Part shown: piece after piece, positions 63,501 to 64,000 of the stretch
How the letters are laid out: each line of letters starts with the position of its first letter
Position numbering within the stretch: position 1 is the stretch's first letter
Assembly: GCA_020634625.1 (NCBI GenBank)
Contig: JACKBJ010000001.1
Span: 217,276-281,275 of the forward strand
Direction of reading: 5' to 3'
DNA length: 64,000 nt
DNA from: Caldilineae bacterium
Lineage (GTDB): Bacteria > Chloroflexota > Anaerolineae > Epilineales > Epilineaceae
Made by a program: the position numbers and the translations under genes
Notes under the pieces: generated by a model
Databases searched by the model: none
Seen by the model: the letters and a program-made list of their open reading frames with translations, nothing else
What the model was told of the DNA's origin: nothing

Positions 63501-63897
63501 CCACGTAGATCCGGTCTCGGCCCGCGTCCGCCGCCAGGTGCTGGGGTGAGCACAGGGCATCGATCGGCGCGCGCGCTGGCTCGCACATCGCCAGACCCTC
63601 GATCAGCACCGAGACGCTGCCGTCGGGGGCGACCCGCGTGATTCGCGGCAGGCTCGGATCGGCATCGGCGATCAGGAGCCCACCGTCCGGCAGGGTCTCG
63701 AGACCCGCCATCCGCGCCCAGGCGTCGGAGGGTCGCCGATCCTCGGGCATGGGCCAGGTCTCGGCCAGGGCATAGGCGCCTTGGCCTTGATCCGGGCTGG
63801 CTTCGACGTGGCTTCCGGCGATCAGGGTCAGCAAGAGAAGCGGCACGAAGGCAAATGCCCGGCGCCTACCGCCTCCGAAACGTCCCAGGTCGCGCAT
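60514..63897 (-). CDS. Secreted NHL-repeat propeller protein with internal vWA + beta-sandwich and terminal vWA cassette
   Basis: ATG 63897 with GGGAGAG 5 nt upstream. Signal FAFVPLLLLTLIAGSHVEA. NHL-like repeats (DRIYVVDGARDALLVY, GNVYVIDTRAARLLKL). MIDAS LDASGSM and LDVSSSM. Ends IPCDAGLFWGRR. Confidence 0.85.
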   Translation of the reverse strand: MRDLGRFGGGRRRAFAFVPLLLLTLIAGSHVEASPDQGQGAYALAETWPMPEDRRPSDAWARMAGLETLPDGGLLIADADPSLPRITRVAPDGSVSVLIEGLAMCEPARAPIDALCSPQHLAADAGRDRIYVVDGARDALLVYTMAGVWLRSQIGIDGAQGVAVSANGTVHVSSASSGQIHRFDADGGVLETWQVLDPQPGASLLGGMDIDADGNVYVIDTRAARLLKLNAIGKLASVHEGFAGSARLLDVAVMAVPNRPSLRAFWLATNQGLMYSEERTSLGALNAVGTLSAVALGPGDRLFAAWTGFSAALSELLVFDSRTARTATPERVGALPHPLGLNRGPDRITMGLDDALLVLDRTLRVQRLRSDGTPIGQWLDGDLIDVGAAADGRIYGTDGASLARFAAPGTGLHLTERARWPSGAAGFLSNLALTPSGTVLGLDIGRRQLRRFDSASGAESAPVQLSPADAPSHWSDLAVDASGFAWVLDRRSGEVTIVDAESGTVTRTLALGRAAQRLGLRPDGEPLLLDASGRIWHFAATGSLRGVFDASRRDLDPSSRPIDLAVLSDDSVLVIDRAAGSVSRWAWDPTAQPERPDLGQECVYSHDKLALPETVVLGQPVEIRLLAEGECAQRRLPALDVMLVLDASGSMAGERIRLVQQAALDFTRALDLNRSRVGLVSFSQSAQLVSPLTDDESDLWRSLRGLRPFGASRIDLGLELAFDTWQASRRPGVGTIFILLSDGRSEAAPALAAADRIKQAGVELFTVGTSTLAEDRALIEAIASSPDHSYVSEEPTFLFDVLDAIARRVAATRLFERAIVRDEIPANMRFVPGSAVPAASWDPSSRILEWQLADVPFAGFDLRFSVEPQATGDWPTNVQAVADLIDGFGQPDRITFPVPRVQVIAPTPTPSPSPTATPTPEPAALYLPLLLHEICVPEQRSTDAVLVLDVSSSMRGAKLTAAKEAAKAFVDLMQPARDRVALVAFDHEARLASPLGSDLTALRAAIDALGTRQGTAIDQGLAAAYDELRSSRRRPDATPALILLTDGQQPDGQSAILDLGGRMCEAGVQVYAIGLGDAEAVDFQLLRRLACRPAMAFLAPQVGDLRRIYESIAAEIPCDAGLFWGRR

Positions 63898-63947
63898 CGC
63901 ATCTCTCCCAGCCGAGGAGCCCGGCGGCATTCGGTCGCATGTCGAGG

Positions 63948-63953
63948 ATTATA
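63948..63953 (-). promoter_or_regulatory. Perfect TATAAT -10 hexamer (minus strand) about 50 nt upstream of the NHL-vWA gene start
   Basis: ATTATA on the plus strand at 63948..63953. Weak -35 element. Confidence 0.35.
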
Positions 63954-64000
63954 TGGCAGAGTGGCCGCTTCGTGCGAGCAGCGTCGAGCCGCGCGGCACG

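Noticed and set aside
1-64000. Search for CRISPR arrays, tRNA/rRNA/tmRNA/RNase P/SRP RNA, IS elements, integrases, toxin-antitoxin pairs and known defence genes
   Set aside because: I saw no direct-repeat/spacer arrays, no T-loop GGTTCGAATCC-type tRNA signatures in intergenic DNA, no transposase, integrase or reverse-transcriptase motifs in any frame, and no recognisable defence-system domains. This was by eye only; tRNAscan, Infernal and DefenseFinder-type tools would be needed to confirm it.

Overview
Very GC-rich bacterial chromosomal segment (roughly 70 percent by eye, not computed) with about 46 credible protein genes. I found no rRNA, tRNA, CRISPR array, transposase or integrase. Housekeeping genes are present: an ftcD-like fusion, rsmB, cyclophilin, trmD, proS, an mtaD-like deaminase, rlmH, gcdH, hisS, ppk2, flavodoxin, a NarL-type two-component pair and two ABC transporters. 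They are interleaved with an unusually dense set of twelve large secreted or lipid-anchored repeat proteins. These are two LVIVD propellers, an ELWxxDG propeller lipoprotein, an NHL propeller, two parallel beta-helix proteins, two paralogous propeller-like proteins, an 851-aa orphan and three further vWA proteins; the twelve carry six vWA domains in total. Main hunting result: nine of the twelve carry the same short tag, x-[YFH]-L-P-[ILMF]-[LV]-x-R, usually after a Pro/Thr linker. In five the tag lies within 2-8 residues of the stop codon and in one it is followed by a 33-aa tail. In three it is the first element of a conserved ~200-aa terminal vWA cassette that ends PCxxxx[FV]W..R-stop. I do not recognise this as a named sorting signal. 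A class F sortase gene lies in the window, but no LPXTG substrate does. Secondary items include a same-strand cluster joining vWA, LVIVD and ELWxxDG proteins to an Fe(III)-type ABC importer, a translationally coupled ThiF-like cassette with a 19-codon micro-ORF, and a vWA domain split by a 140-aa proline-rich insertion. There is also a truncated globin coupled to a double-vWA gene, an orphan HprK-like P-loop protein and a BON-flavodoxin-two-component operon. Gene content suggests a Chloroflexota-like or other Terrabacteria genome; this is inference only. Many very long ORFs in the supplied track are GC-driven shadow ORFs or spurious 5' extensions and were not called. CDS coordinates were derived from the ORF track by counting residues, and start codons are the least certain part.
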